Assembly (NCBI GenBank): GCA_964016885.1
Contig: OZ024758.1
Location: 4,092,001-4,156,000, forward strand
DNA: 64,000 nucleotides
DNA from: Eledone cirrhosa
Lineage: Eukaryota
Direction: 5' to 3'
Part shown: positions 1 through 14,822 of the stretch, one piece after another
Layout: every line of letters starts with the position of its first letter
How positions within the stretch are numbered: the stretch's first letter is position 1
Notes under the pieces: generated by a model
Seen by the model: only the letters and a program-made list of their open reading frames with translations
The model's database searches: none
What the model was told of the DNA's origin: nothing
Made by a program: the position numbers and the translations under genes

Positions 1-334
1 ATATATATATGAATACATATATATATATATATGAATACATATATATATATATATGAATACATATATATATATATATGAATACATATATATATATATGAAT
101 ACATATATATATATATGAATACATATATATATGAATACATATATATATATATATATATATATGAATATATATATATATATATATATGAATATATATATAT
201 ATATGAATACATATATATAAATATGAATACATATATATATATATGAATACATATATATATGAATACATATATATATATATATATATGAATATATGTATAT
301 ATATATGAATACATATATATATATATATATGCAT

Positions 335-387
<53 letters not shown>

Positions 388-420
388 TACATATATATAT
401 ATGCATACATATATATATAC
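1..420. repeat. (TA)n microsatellite with recurring GAATAC interruptions
   Basis: Directly visible units such as atatatatatgaatac. Confidence 0.95.
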
Positions 421-764
421 AATGATATTAAATAAATGGAAACTATATTTATAAAACCATATTTATTCTATTATATATATTTCAAGGGTATCAAAAATGT
501 TGGTACGCTATCATCAGATATAATACAAAATGTTTTATAAATATTTGACATGACCAAGGATAATATACCTTAACGTTTCAAGTTATCCCTGGAAAGAATT
601 TTTGGTACCCTTGAAATATATATAATAGAATAAATATGGTTTTATAAATATAGTTTCCATTTATTTAATATCATTGAATACTTACTCCAGAAATCTTTCG
701 AATGCTCTGAATCAGTTATAAACATCTATATTTGTTGGATTTCCAACAAATTAAATATTACTTC

Positions 765-768
<4 letters not shown>
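420..768. mobile_element. Family A fold-back element, probable Penelope-like element terminus in (TA)n
   Basis: About 77-bp inverted arms (420-497 and 599-676); hammerhead on minus strand; TA tracts on both sides; related copies at 9010, 12300 and 19470. Confidence 0.75.
464..525 (-). ncRNA. Type I hammerhead ribozyme motif (family A), slightly degenerate stems
   Basis: Minus strand: UAUUAUAU CUGAUGA UAGCGUACCAACAUUUUUGAUACCCUU GAAA UAUAUA UA AUAGAAUA; core intact, one stem I mismatch. Confidence 0.7.
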
Positions 769-832
<64 letters not shown>

Positions 833-1042
833 ATTATCGTTATTATTAATATCTGCTCCACATATGATTTCTACCATACTGCTTTGAAGCTTATGCTACA
901 TTCTCAATATACATTGTATAACAAGGTATATTGTGTGTCACACTTACACATTGTATAATGAAATATTCGAAAGGTTTACCTCTATATTTTGAATAGATAC
1001 ATTTTTAATATTTGGCATCATATGTTTATGTCGTTGATTATG

Positions 1043-1375
1043 TTCGGGTTGTCGGCGACTCAACCGGCAACCCCACCAAGTTAACTTTAGACAAAAAGCA
1101 AAACCTTACAAAGGGCGGAAGAACTCATAAAATTCAGCGGCCATCTAAAAAAATAAATAATAATAAAATAAAATAAAACAAAAACTCCTGCCAAATCAAT
1201 GGGTGGCAGTAGTTCCAGCTGCATCGAAAGACTGGTGTAGTGGTTCTGAGAACAATTCGGCTTTGAAGATGATCAATGCAAGTTGACAATGGGAAGGGGC
1301 TCCCGCTCGAGTTAGAAGAGAACTATTGACCTTCAGGAGAAGCAGCGACCCCTGATTGTATTCAGCAACCGAAAT
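1043..1375. mobile_element. GC-richer interspersed-repeat-like block, family not assigned (possibly LINE 5' UTR)
   Basis: Abrupt rise in GC with small hairpins (aactcctgcca...tggcagtagtt); no ORF. Confidence 0.3.
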
Positions 1376-3163
1376 AAAAAAAATGATTATGTTTTTCTAT
1401 TTAATATTTAGTAACTTAGTAAGTAAGTTGAAATTATCAGTTATAGATAAATGTTTATAAGCTACGACAATGTGGATTACAGAGTGTACCTGCTGTGTTG
1501 GTCTCAGGTGTTTATTTATTCGTGGTAATGGGGAAATAATATACATATACTACAACTCTCTTTACAATCCAATTATAATTCTTCACATATTAACCATCAA
1601 GTGATGGTATAAATTGATATTTTAATATAGCAAAATATATATCGAAGATATCTTTAAAGGAGACACGAATATATATATTATATACAAACAGGCGCACACA
1701 CACTCACGCAGAGTTCCATTTAAAATATGTTATATTATATCTTAGTAGTATGACGCTTCCTCTTAGTTTATTTCGTCGCTTCCACTCAGCGTTTTACACC
1801 CATTTCCTTCAAGTAATTTATATCTTTGGGCCAGCTTTAATGGAATAATTTGACAACTATTTACATTTGTGTCATAGTCAACATTTCTCTAATTAAATGC
1901 TTGCTTTAGGAAACAAAACATTAGCAGGAGGACATGAAACTTTGATTTATCAGTTCAAGAAGTTGACAGCCAGGCTAGTTGACCTTTACACCTTTACAGC
2001 ACAAATTAAACCAGTATTATATCAGTCTTCATTAAGCCACCACTCTTTGTACAGGTTCAGTGAGCCATTCGTTTGCCAACCTATCAGCATCTTATAAGAA
2101 TTCTATAAACTCAATGATTGCGCATTATCGAAGAGGAATTTGTATATATTTCAAGTGATTCTTGATATAGAATGCCTGTATGAGATGGATAGAAATACAC
2201 TATTGCTAATGCAGACATTACAAGCAGTATACCCTGGGATTAGTCTGGTGAATATTCTAAATGTTTAAAGTTATTAATTTGAAACACAATCTTCTGAAAA
2301 TGTATGTTATGATGCGATGATTTATCGCTTGTGATTTAGGCATATGATATTTCCATCACACTCACGCCATTGTTTTTGATAACTCATATAATTTTTATAG
2401 AAAACTCTTTTTATTAGAAACACTCTAACATTGGCTTGGACATAGTGGTTTTCCACCGCTTGTTTGAAGAACAAAGCAGGAATGATTATGATATGGAATC
2501 TGAAGCAGATAATAAGAACGAAATGAGTTGTATATAGATTGCCACCATCTCAGATATTTATTAACAACATGCTTTTAAAGAAGGTGATTGAAAACATTGT
2601 TTGCTTTTATTGACAAAGACGCATTAATAATGTAATAGTACCACAGCAAGTATTTCATTTTTGAAGTCCTAGATTAGCATGCCATATATACAAGATCAGC
2701 AATTATATATATATAGTAATAATAAATGCAAAGACAAAATTCTGAATAGGCCACATGAAAGCATTTTTGCTTAAATTTTGATATGTACTTCTATATATGT
2801 GTGTATGTGTATGTGTATGTATGTGTGTGGGTGTGCGTGTGTGTGCCTGTGTGTGTGTCTGTGTGTGTCTGTGTGTGTGCGTGAGGGAGATCTTATGTAG
2901 GTTCATTATGCATTCTGTATCTATATATCTACGCAGGGCCATGAATACATTTATCTCAGTAATATTATCTGATATCTGAATGCTCTGACAGGGCTTTTTT
3001 CACAAGTTATTTTGTCATTGAGCGATTACTAGGTAATATAATTCTCTTTATTAATATATCTAATTTCCTCCAACCATAACTATATAAATACATTGAGCTT
3101 TCTATATCAATATTTGGCAGTTATATATCCTCGCCTTTAGGGATCTCTATATATAAACAGACT

Positions 3164-3362
<199 letters not shown>

Positions 3363-3363
3363 A

Positions 3364-3550
3364 TTCCGAGTTCAATCAGGGGTAACCACAGTGAGTAAGA
3401 TACTCAATACATAGCAGAGTATAAATATTTAATATAGAAATGTCTTCAACATGATTAGAACTGTCTCACTGGAAGGAAACTCATCTGAACTCTCCTGATA
3501 ATTTCCTTCGAGTGAGACAGTTCTATTCATGTAGAAGCCATTTCTATATT
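3364..3550. mobile_element. Family B fold-back element (PLE-like), hammerhead degenerate
   Basis: Inverted arms aatatagaaatg...gaaac-tcatc / ctgataatttcc...ctatatt; same family at 8785, 47223 and 57696. Confidence 0.75.
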
Positions 3551-3562
3551 ATATATACATGC

Positions 3563-3597
<35 letters not shown>

Positions 3598-4147
3598 TTA
3601 CCATCTTATCCAGTTTTCATTACACATATGTACACAGCATAAATTATATTTCGTTTTCTCTCACATTAGAGATTTGTTCTTCTGAAAGTAAACCAGTCAA
3701 TTCTTATATTACCAGTCCGCTATGAGATCCAACTTATCCTTTTTCTTTCTCATATGCCTAAGAGGATGTCAGGTGAAGAGCTCATTTCATTGTTCAACGT
3801 ATAGCGCTGCCAGCAAATGGATGTAATTTAGTGAATTGTTGTATTTGATGAGTTGACGAAGCACTCTTTTAGTCATTGAAATTCGGCAGTACTCATAGCA
3901 ACTTGCCATTGAATGCAAACAGATTATACAATTTAGACAACGCTAGATAATTCAATATAGATGGGGTTGACAATAGAGTTTCATATTGTAGTGTCGACAG
4001 GTATATAGCGAAGAGAATTCACGCAATGCAAACTGCTCGAACAAAAGGGAAATATAAAATATTGATTTCTAATATTGACACAGGAATCAAAAATATTAGG
4101 GATCTTATCGGGGTTATTATATCTTCGTCAGTATTTGCTTCTCACGC

Positions 4148-4520
4148 CCAGTTCCTGGTTGGGTTGTTATTTTACTGAGGAACTTGAATCAGATATGATT
4201 CAAGTTCCTCAGTGAAAGAACAACCCAACCAGGAACTGGATATATCAGAGTATTGACAAAGTTAAACACCTCAACAACATGTGTACTCGTCTCTACCACA
4301 CTAATTCGGACTGCCTGAAGAGGTCACAGTCAAAGATGGCTGTCACCAAAATATATATAGCAGTAATAAATGAAGCCAAATTTTAAACATTTGACTTATT
4401 TATTTATTTTATTTTATTTTACATAACTCCGGAGTAACCAAACCAACCTGCGCACTTCGTCGAGTGCTCCAATCTGCATACGGAGGTGTTGGTATACAAC
4501 CAACATATACTCAAAATAAA
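4148..4520 (+). mobile_element. Family D PLE-like fragment: 5' fold-back, hammerhead, AATAAA and tail ending at (TA)n
   Basis: 44-bp inverted arms 4148-4239 around GATA loop; hammerhead-like motif 4310-4364; aataaa 4365-4370. Confidence 0.65.
4310..4364 (+). ncRNA. Type I hammerhead ribozyme motif with G12 to A substitution (probably inactive copy)
   Basis: ACUGC CUGAAGA GGUCACAGUCA AAGA UGGCUGUCACC AAAA UAUAUA UA GCAGU; stem I ACUGC/GCAGU; palindromic minimal stem III. Confidence 0.7.
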
Positions 4521-4724
4521 TATATATATATATAGATGTATACATGTATGTATGTATATCGAAAAGAATGTGAGCATTCACATCAACGTATTTAATGATT
4601 ATGCATAGTTACGCCCGTTAAACTGAAACCTCACCTTTTTGTCAATATATAATGTCTGCCTTAGCATAGAGTGCTGATTTTGGTACCAGCCTCAGTAAAT
4701 CATAAAGCTACTGAATCACCCCTT

Positions 4725-4885
4725 ATTGGCAGTATCGGTAAAAGGTCGGACGCCATGCCTTATAGTCTGAGTTCAAATCCCGCCGAGGTGAACTTTGCCT
4801 TTCATCCTTACGGGGTCGATAAAATAAAGCACCAATAATGAACTGGGTAATTGCTGGTCTTGTGCCAAAAGTAGAAACAATTATT
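4725..4885 (+). mobile_element. tRNA-derived SINE (main family), internal deletion
   Basis: A-box-like tggcagtatcgg, B-box gagttcaaatcc, body ccgaggt..actttgcctttcatccttacggggtcgataaa, tail tagaaacaattatt. Confidence 0.85.
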
Positions 4886-5167
4886 ATTACTATTAATATT
4901 GGAGATTTTCCAAGTGTGTATCCCATATACATCTAGCCATTATCGTATTCAACGAGAAATCTTTCATGCGAGGGTACCTACCTTCAAGCGAAGCTACGTA
5001 CTTTAAATTATATTTTGGAAATATTTTTTACCGCACTTTATACGATGACACAGGCAAATAGAAAACATTGCTGCTTACATTTAATTACCTTCGACTCACA
5101 AACCAACAGACACACACATATGTATATACATACACACGTGTGTGTGACTATATATATATATATATAT

Positions 5168-5255
5168 AGGAAAAAGTATGACACCGACGGCAGAGCTCAA
5201 GCGGTTTCGATGGCTATTTCTGGTCCATCTGGTTCCTTACCACAATTCCTTTGTT
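5168..5255. mobile_element. Family C short inverted element (hammerhead 3' half on minus, tail on plus)
   Basis: gacggcagagctcaagcggtttc joined to ggtccatctggttccttaccac; homologous to 7208 and 20218 copies; flanked by TA. Confidence 0.7.
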
Positions 5256-5625
5256 ATATATATATATATACACAGGTGTGTGTGTGAGTATATATAAATA
5301 TATATATATATATATATACATATACATACACACGTGTGTGTGTGTGTGTGTGTATATATAAAAAAAAAATATATATATATATGTATATATATATACATAT
5401 GCACACAATCTCCTCGCTCACACGCAGACCCATTTAAATATTTATATATATATATATATGTATACACCCTGACATAAATATATATAAATAAATGAATAGA
5501 CAAATTTAATAAATCCCTGGCATCGATTTAACTGTGTAGATGAGTAGATTTAGAATGATTGATGAGTAAGAAGGCAAAAAGCAACATAAGAACATTGGAT
5601 TTGAGAGAGAGAGAGAGACTGTGAA

Positions 5626-6030
5626 GGAAACTAGGTTTAGTGGAAGCTGAGAGGGTGACGTAAACATAATATAGTTGTATCTGAGAGGGTGACGGAAACA
5701 TGGCGTAGTGGAAACTGGGAGAGTGGCGGAAACAAGGTGTGGTGGAGACTGGGGGGGTGATGGAAACAAGGTTTAGTGGAAGCTGGGAAGGTGATGGAAA
5801 CAAGGTTTAGTGGAAGCTGACGGATTGACAGAAACGGTGTAAGGGAAGCTGAGAGGGTTGCGGAAACAAGGTGTAGTGGAGGATGTAGGGTTAGGGAAAA
5901 AAAGGTGTCAGGGAAGCTGCGTGGGTGACGATAACATGGTTTAGTTGTAGCTAAAAAGGGTGACTTAAACATGGGGTATAGGAAGCTGAGAGAGTGACGG
6001 AAACTATGTGAAGAGGAACCCGTGGGTTGG
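5626..6030. repeat. Minisatellite, 34-bp unit, about 12 diverged copies
   Basis: Unit ggaaacaaggtttagtggaagctgagagggtgac. Confidence 0.85.
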
Positions 6031-6080
6031 TGGGACAAGAAAAGACGGCGAGAAAGTGGTCGAAGGAAGGATAAATTCAA

Positions 6081-6269
6081 ATAATTGTTTCTACTTTAGG
6101 CACAAGGCCAGCAATAACCCAGTGCATTACTGGTACTGTATTTTATCGACCCCGTAAGGATGAAAGGCAAAGTCAACCTCGGCGGGATTTGAACTCAGAT
6201 CGTAAAGGGACGTAACTATGCTAGAAAGCATGGCGTCCGACCCTCTACAGATACTGCCAATCCACCGCC
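6081..6269 (-). mobile_element. tRNA-derived SINE (main family), full length
   Basis: Reverse complement of consensus; TSD-like aattcaaataat at 6074-6085 and 6290-6301. Confidence 0.9.
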
Positions 6270-6562
6270 CTTTTAATAATCGATGTTATAATTCAAATAA
6301 TCGATGTTATTTTCGTTTCAAACGAAAAATCTAAAATAATATCCCAATAAATATCTATAAATCTTTGTTAGATTCTAAATCGTAATGAAAATCCTTTTCG
6401 ACTTTAAATTAATCAGCAAATACTAATATGTGAAATAGATTAGAAAAGTTCAATAAAATAGAAATGGTTGTGTATACTAAAAATATTGTACACCCGTTGC
6501 TAGGAATGTAATTAACCTTCATATTAAATACGTCTATATTTACGCTGGCATTGACAATGAAT

Positions 6563-6816
6563 GTATATATACACACATACATATATATGCACACACACAC
6601 ATATATACACATATATATATATATATATATACATACACACACACACACATATATATATATACGCACACACACACATATATATATACGCACACACACACAC
6701 ACATATATATACACATACACACACACATATATATACACACACACATACATATATACACACACACACACATATATATACGCACACACACATATATACACAC
6801 ACATATATATACACCT

Positions 6817-6876
<60 letters not shown>
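6563..6876. repeat. Compound (CA)n/(TA)n microsatellite
   Basis: Visible directly. Confidence 0.95.
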
Positions 6877-6878
<2 letters not shown>

Positions 6879-7166
6879 ACAGAGAGAGACCATCTGCGTT
6901 GCTGGGACAGAGGAGACCATTAACCATTAATCACGTGAGTAGTCAATACATGAGGAGCTGTAGAATGGGTATTGAGCTGAAATCAGTGTTTGACACCGAC
7001 GAATTCGAGAAAGTTCTCCAGGAAAGTTAACCGGCATTCTATAAATTCCATCCCGAAGTTAACAAAGAACTTACTAGATCTACAAAACTAAATTGTAAAA
7101 TTATATTATTGTAAAACTAACTCAAATTGTTTAGAAATACAGTGAAGTCATTCTTTTACTTTTTTT

Positions 7167-7486
<320 letters not shown>

Positions 7487-7501
7487 TATATATAGATAGA
7501 T

Positions 7502-8446
7502 ATGTTTCTTTTATTTGCCACCAGGGCATCAAAAGTGGGACAAGTACAAAGGGGGGAGTTTACACAAAAAGGCGTCCTCAATAAGGAGGAGGCAATATCA
7601 AAATATTAAAATAAAATAAAATATAACAAAAAATAAAATTTATAACAAAATCCTCAATAGAGAGGAGGCGCCTTGGGGGGTCGCACACACCCCCGAAAAA
7701 AGTGTGCAACCCTTTTCCTCAGGAGCACAGAGAGGGGGTGCTCCCTCGTTCCTTCCTCTTTTCCACCTACAGGCTTATGTAAAGAGAAGGCCCATTCACA
7801 CGGGCCATTCTCGCCACTTTCACCCACCTTTCATAAAAACGACTGGGGTGGAGCCCCTCTCTCTCCATCCTGATCCTTCTTCCGAAATGATATCGGAAGA
7901 AACGGACCAGTTGTTGGCCAGAGAGAAAGGTGCCTGACCTCAGTCCTCTCAGACGCGTCCACAATACAACCTCTTTCGCCATGGCTATTACGCACAGAAA
8001 CACCGCCTATGCTTCATCTTTGAAGGGGGGAGGCGGCTTGATCATTACAATAGACTCGGTGGTCAACCGGATCGGTCCCACCCTTGACAGCAGTTGTTCG
8101 ACATAGCCCCACAGATCGGCTACGCCCGAGCAGTGTACCAATGCGTGTGCAACGGTTTCCTCGTCGCACACGCATCTGGGACAGATCTTTTTGGCGGGGT
8201 CCCTACCCGGGCGCCCGTGTCTGTAGAGCCTTTCTCGAACGGGTAAAGCCCCTCGGTAGCACTGCCAGGCCAGGGACTTCTGGAAGTTGTCCATAGGTCC
8301 CGGGCTGAATGTCCTACCGAACAGGCTGGCCAGTTCGTCCTCCTCCATGTCTAGGGCTTCTCCGAGGGCGTCGTCGCACCTGCTGCGTACCAGCCCTCTA
8401 TAGAATGTTGCGGTGGAGTCTCCACTGATAACCGGATCCGCCTCCC
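7502..8446 (-). mobile_element. 5'-truncated Tx1/L1-clade LINE (ORF2 C-terminus plus 3' UTR) inserted in (GATA)n
   Basis: Zinc-binding RT C-terminal region; 3' end ggcaaataaaagaaacat running into (TCTA)n; (GATA)n on both flanks. Confidence 0.85.
7767..8446 (-). pseudogene. LINE ORF2 C-terminal fragment (zf-RVT-like domain), one premature stop
   Basis: [25 protein letters not shown]...[18 protein letters not shown]; ORFs 8007-8348 and 7767-8003 are in the same frame, separated by TAG at 8007-8009. Confidence 0.85.
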
Positions 8447-8650
8447 AGATAGATAGATAGATATATATATATAGATATATATATATATAGATATATATAT
8501 ATATATATATATCTATATATATATATAGATATATATAGATATATATAGATATATATATATAGATATATATATAGAGATATATATATATAGATATATATAG
8601 ATATATATATATAGATATATATAGATATATATATATAGATATATATAGAT

Positions 8651-8719
<69 letters not shown>
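8447..8719. repeat. (GATA)n/(TA)n/(GA)n compound microsatellite
   Basis: Visible directly. Confidence 0.95.
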
Positions 8720-8784
8720 AATATTTATGGGGTCTTGAACATTTTCCTATATTTATATATATATAATATATACATATAAGTTTA

Positions 8785-8949
8785 TCCCGGATTCAATCAG
8801 AGGCAACATCATTAAGTAAGGTATTCAAAGCAGAGTATACATATTTAATATATAGATGGGCTTCTACAGGACTAGAACTGTTTCATTCCGGAAAATGGGC
8901 TTCCTGATGATTTCTCCGGAATTAAACAGTTCCAGTCCGGTAGAAGCCT

Positions 8950-8953
<4 letters not shown>
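8785..8953. mobile_element. Family B fold-back element with type I hammerhead layout
   Basis: Plus arm GGCUUC CUGAUGA UUUCUCCGGAAU uAAACAG UUCCAGUC CgGUA GAAGCC; minus arm keeps GAAACAG...CUGUA GAAGCC. Confidence 0.75.
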
Positions 8954-9009
<56 letters not shown>

Positions 9010-9014
<5 letters not shown>

Positions 9015-9340
9015 GATATTAAATAAATGGAAACTATATTTATAAAACCATATTTATTCTCTTATATATAATTAAAGGGTACCAAAACGTTGGTACGCTC
9101 TCATCAGATAAAATAGAAAGCTTGTTTTATAAATATTGACATATCGAGGAAGAAGATCTTAACGGTTCAAGTTTTTACCTTTGAAATATATATAATAGAA
9201 TAAATATGGTTTTATAAATATAGTTTACATTTATTTAATATCATTGATATTATACTCCAGAAACACTGTTGAGTGCTTCATATCAGTTATAAACATATAT
9301 ATTTGTTGAATTACCAACAAATTAAATATCCCTTTTGCTT
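9010..9340. mobile_element. Family A fold-back element, hammerhead GAAA mutated
   Basis: Homologous to 420-768; tcatcag at 9101-9107; inverted arms. Confidence 0.75.
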
Positions 9341-9865
9341 ATACACATATATATTCATACGTATTTTCTTGCACCTGTATCGCATACATATATCAAATAC
9401 ATTGCTGAAATCTAAATGTAGAAGCTACATAACTCTTAAGTTACAATATGTTAAATGATAAATGTGTTGAAGTTAATATAAGTATTGCATAATCAGGTAA
9501 GAATTATCACGTACAAAACTCAAACTAGAAATCAGTTAAACTCTGAGTTTGATGATAAATTGGAGAACTTCTAAGTTTTCTATTAAAATAATCCATTAAA
9601 TATTTCAACATCTATAATTTAAGATTAAATGTCTTTGAAAAATTATTGTAAACAATTTAAGCTCGAACATTTATATTGCAAACAGAATATATTTTGCCAG
9701 TAATATCCACTTCAGGATAATCAGTGTATAGCTGTCAAGATGTCTGCAATCCAAACCAGCATTAATATTCAGGTTTATAATTAAACTATATGGATGTTTG
9801 CATGATTTGTGTCCTGGAAGCTTCTCATCTACTACCCCGCAATCTAACTTCATAGTTATCCACCT

Positions 9866-11729
<1,864 letters not shown>

Positions 11730-11732
11730 TTT

Positions 11733-11922
11733 ATTTATTAAAATAACAGATTAAATTTTAAGCGAAGAATCGCAGCTTTCACCCATAACGGGATCTTCTG
11801 AAACTAAAAATAATTAATCTGTTATTTTAATAAATATTTGGTCTATGGTTCTTATATATCTGATATATATTTATCCTTATCGAGCCATCTTTGGATTTTA
11901 CTCATCACATTTATAATTATTA
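11733..11922. mobile_element. Family I fold-back element with degenerate hammerhead on minus strand
   Basis: 22-bp arms 11733-11754 / 11814-11835; minus UUU CAGAAGA UCCCGUUAUGGGU GAAAGC...GCUU AAA; tail recurs at 33265-33320. Confidence 0.6.
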
Positions 11923-11976
<54 letters not shown>

Positions 11977-12136
11977 AAGTGTTGTCGTTTGCTTGAAGCG
12001 TTGTGGAATAAGAAATACAAATTTGAATAAATATTTGGAAGCGGGACATTGGCATGTTTAATCTAGCACGCAAAGTAATAGGACTTATAGAAAATAAGGA
12101 ATGAGAACGGTACAATCTTACCTTAGCAATTTTATT

Positions 12137-12180
12137 GATCTTAAATATTTTCGGATTTAAAATCCCTTCTCAATGGAATC
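12137..12180 (-). ncRNA. Hammerhead-like motif with variant core (UUGAGAAG)
   Basis: GAUUCCA UUGAGAAG GGAU UUUAA AUCC GAAA AUAU UU AAGAUC then AAUAAA; inside a TA-flanked block 11972-12215. Confidence 0.45.
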
Positions 12181-12222
12181 CGTGGGTAGATATTTAAAGA
12201 GTAATCGGAAGAATTATATATA

Positions 12223-12291
<69 letters not shown>

Positions 12292-12299
12292 ATATATAT

Positions 12300-12559
12300 C
12301 AATAATATTAATAAATGGAAGTTATATTTTATAAAACCATATTTATTTTATTATATATATTTCAAGGATACCACCATTTTGGTACACTCTCATCAGATAA
12401 AATACAAAAGTGTGTTTACAGATAGTGACATATTCAGACAAGAACTTACTCTTGTGAGTTCTATTTGAATAGTCAAATAGAACTCAAATAGAAATGTCGA
12501 GTGCTTCTAATCTGTTACAAACTAAATTTTGTGACTAATCAACAACTTAAATAACGTTG

Positions 12560-12562
<3 letters not shown>
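12300..12562. mobile_element. Family A element (inverted arrangement) between microsatellites
   Basis: Homologous to 420-768 and 9010-9340. Confidence 0.7.
12344..12404 (-). ncRNA. Type I hammerhead ribozyme, intact core (family A)
   Basis: UAUUUUAU CUGAUGA GAGUGUACCAAAAUGGUGGUAUCCUU GAAA UAUAUA UA AUAAAAUA; perfect 8-bp stem I; AUA triplet. Confidence 0.8.
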
Positions 12563-12619
<57 letters not shown>

Positions 12620-12975
12620 TATAGGTGGATGTGGGTGTATACGTATATGTGTATGTATATACATGAGTTTGTATGTGGTTCATTTATATATTTTTGTAGA
12701 TCTGAGTTCCTGTAATTACTAGAAAGGTAATTAATATGTATCTCTCTATAATTGCTATTATCTTAGATTCAGCTTAGGCCAAATATGACGTTTTTCGCTT
12801 GATGCCAGACAACCCTAAACAATTCAAAATGAAATTGTTATTTTGAAGAGAATTTGATTTACTTAGAATCTGTCGCCAGCTATTATCTGAAGCGAATTGA
12901 ATAACTTACATCGAATATGATGTATTTAACAGGAGATTTCACCTTTAACCCCACCAATGAAAAGAACGTTTCTGT

Positions 12976-12984
12976 GTATATATA

Positions 12985-13016
<32 letters not shown>

Positions 13017-13299
13017 AATTTATATATATACATACATATATAAATATATATATATATATATACATACACACATATATATACATATACGCACACACATATA
13101 TATACATATACACACACACACATATATACATATACACACACACATATATATACACACACACATATATATACGCCCACACGCACATATATATATACAAACA
13201 CATATATATATACACACACATTCGCACAGACATATGTACACACACATATATATACACACATATATATATACACACATATATATATATACACACACACAC

Positions 13300-13343
<44 letters not shown>
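12976..13343. repeat. Compound (TA)n/(CA)n microsatellite
   Basis: Visible directly. Confidence 0.95.
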
Positions 13344-13346
<3 letters not shown>

Positions 13347-13359
13347 GGCTAAATAGTGA

Positions 13360-13412
13360 GTTTTGTATCTCTGGAGTTTCCTCTGTTTATCTCAGGCTCA
13401 TCAGACAAGAAC
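13360..13412 (-). ncRNA. Degenerate type I hammerhead downstream of a pyrimidine-rich tract (PLE-like 3' region 13344-13640)
   Basis: GUUCUUGU CUGAUGA GCCUG AGAUAAA CAGAG GAAA CUCCAGAG AU ACAAAAC; U16.1 lost. Confidence 0.55.
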
Positions 13413-13674
13413 TGACATCTGAATAGCAGACACAGTATAAATAAAGAAGACTTGGGGTGGAGAAGGGGGAGATAATTGTGAAGGATTAATTATGATAGGA
13501 TAGGCAGGGTGGTGGTGGCAGTGGGGGAGATAGGGCTGTGTGAAAGAAGAAGAGGGGGTTAAACGGTGTTAGTTGGCAGAGCGAAGCTACACTATTTAAA
13601 CTTAATAAGATGAATATTAACACTCGACTTTAGTATTGAGTGCTCCTTCCTCTCAGCCATCTACCACGTACGGA

Positions 13675-13710
13675 TACATACATATACATGTATATATATA
13701 TATATATACA

Positions 13711-13805
<95 letters not shown>

Positions 13806-13872
13806 GTGTGTCTATATATTGATATATATATATATATAAATATACACACACACATATATATGTGTGCGTGTG

Positions 13873-13955
<83 letters not shown>

Positions 13956-13956
13956 T
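13675..13956. repeat. Compound (TA)n/(TG)n microsatellite
   Basis: Visible directly. Confidence 0.95.
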
Positions 13957-14510
13957 TCAACATATATAATACCAACGTGTCTGCGAATGTCTCCGTGTCT
14001 TTGTGTGTATGTTGAAACGTGACTGTATGCTGCTAAACAAAATAAACATTTTTTTTTTTCAAATATGTTTATTAAAAAATACCAGACAAATTTTGTTGAA
14101 TTCAACAAATATTTTTAATATGATATTAATTTCTAGTGAATGTCTGTTTCCAATTCCATTAGAGCACGGATAAAGTTGGACGATTCATCGTCTGTGTTTC
14201 AGAATTGATTACACAAAAAGGAAAAATACTATTGATTGTAAATTTTAATGATATATTTTGTCCTCTAAAATAGAAAACCACGTCTAGCCTTTAGTTTATT
14301 CGAAATGCGATGTATATCGATATATCGAGACTAACATTTTCTCCTGTATGTATGAGTAAATATAGATATATACATACATACATGATTAATAATATCATTA
14401 AGACAGATGCTGATGTTACCTAAATCGTTTATTATTAATGATTGTGTCAACGGTTGAAATAATCATTATGAATAAACGATTTATGTAACATTAGCACCTT
14501 CCTTAATGTT

Positions 14511-14697
14511 GGTGGATTGGCAGTATCGGTAGAGGGTGGGACACAATGCTTTCCAGCATAGTTATGTCCCTTTACGGTCTGAGTTCAAATCCCGTCGAGG
14601 TTAACTTTGACTATCACCCTTACGGCGTCGGTAAAATAAATTACCAGCAATGCACTGGATTGATTGCTGGCCTTGTGCCAAATGTAGAAACAATTAT
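14511..14697 (+). mobile_element. tRNA-derived SINE (main family)
   Basis: Matches consensus from ggtggattggcagtatcgg to tagaaacaattat. Confidence 0.9.
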
Positions 14698-14776
14698 GCT
14701 ACTCAATCTCCATTGTAACTAAAAACTACGATTGTTGAGAGCTTTCTCCTGCTTGCTCATGTTTTCTCTCCGGAAA

Positions 14777-14822
<46 letters not shown>

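Noticed and set aside
6200-6269. tRNA-like A/B boxes
   Set aside because: These are SINE heads repeated about 20 times; no complete cloverleaf
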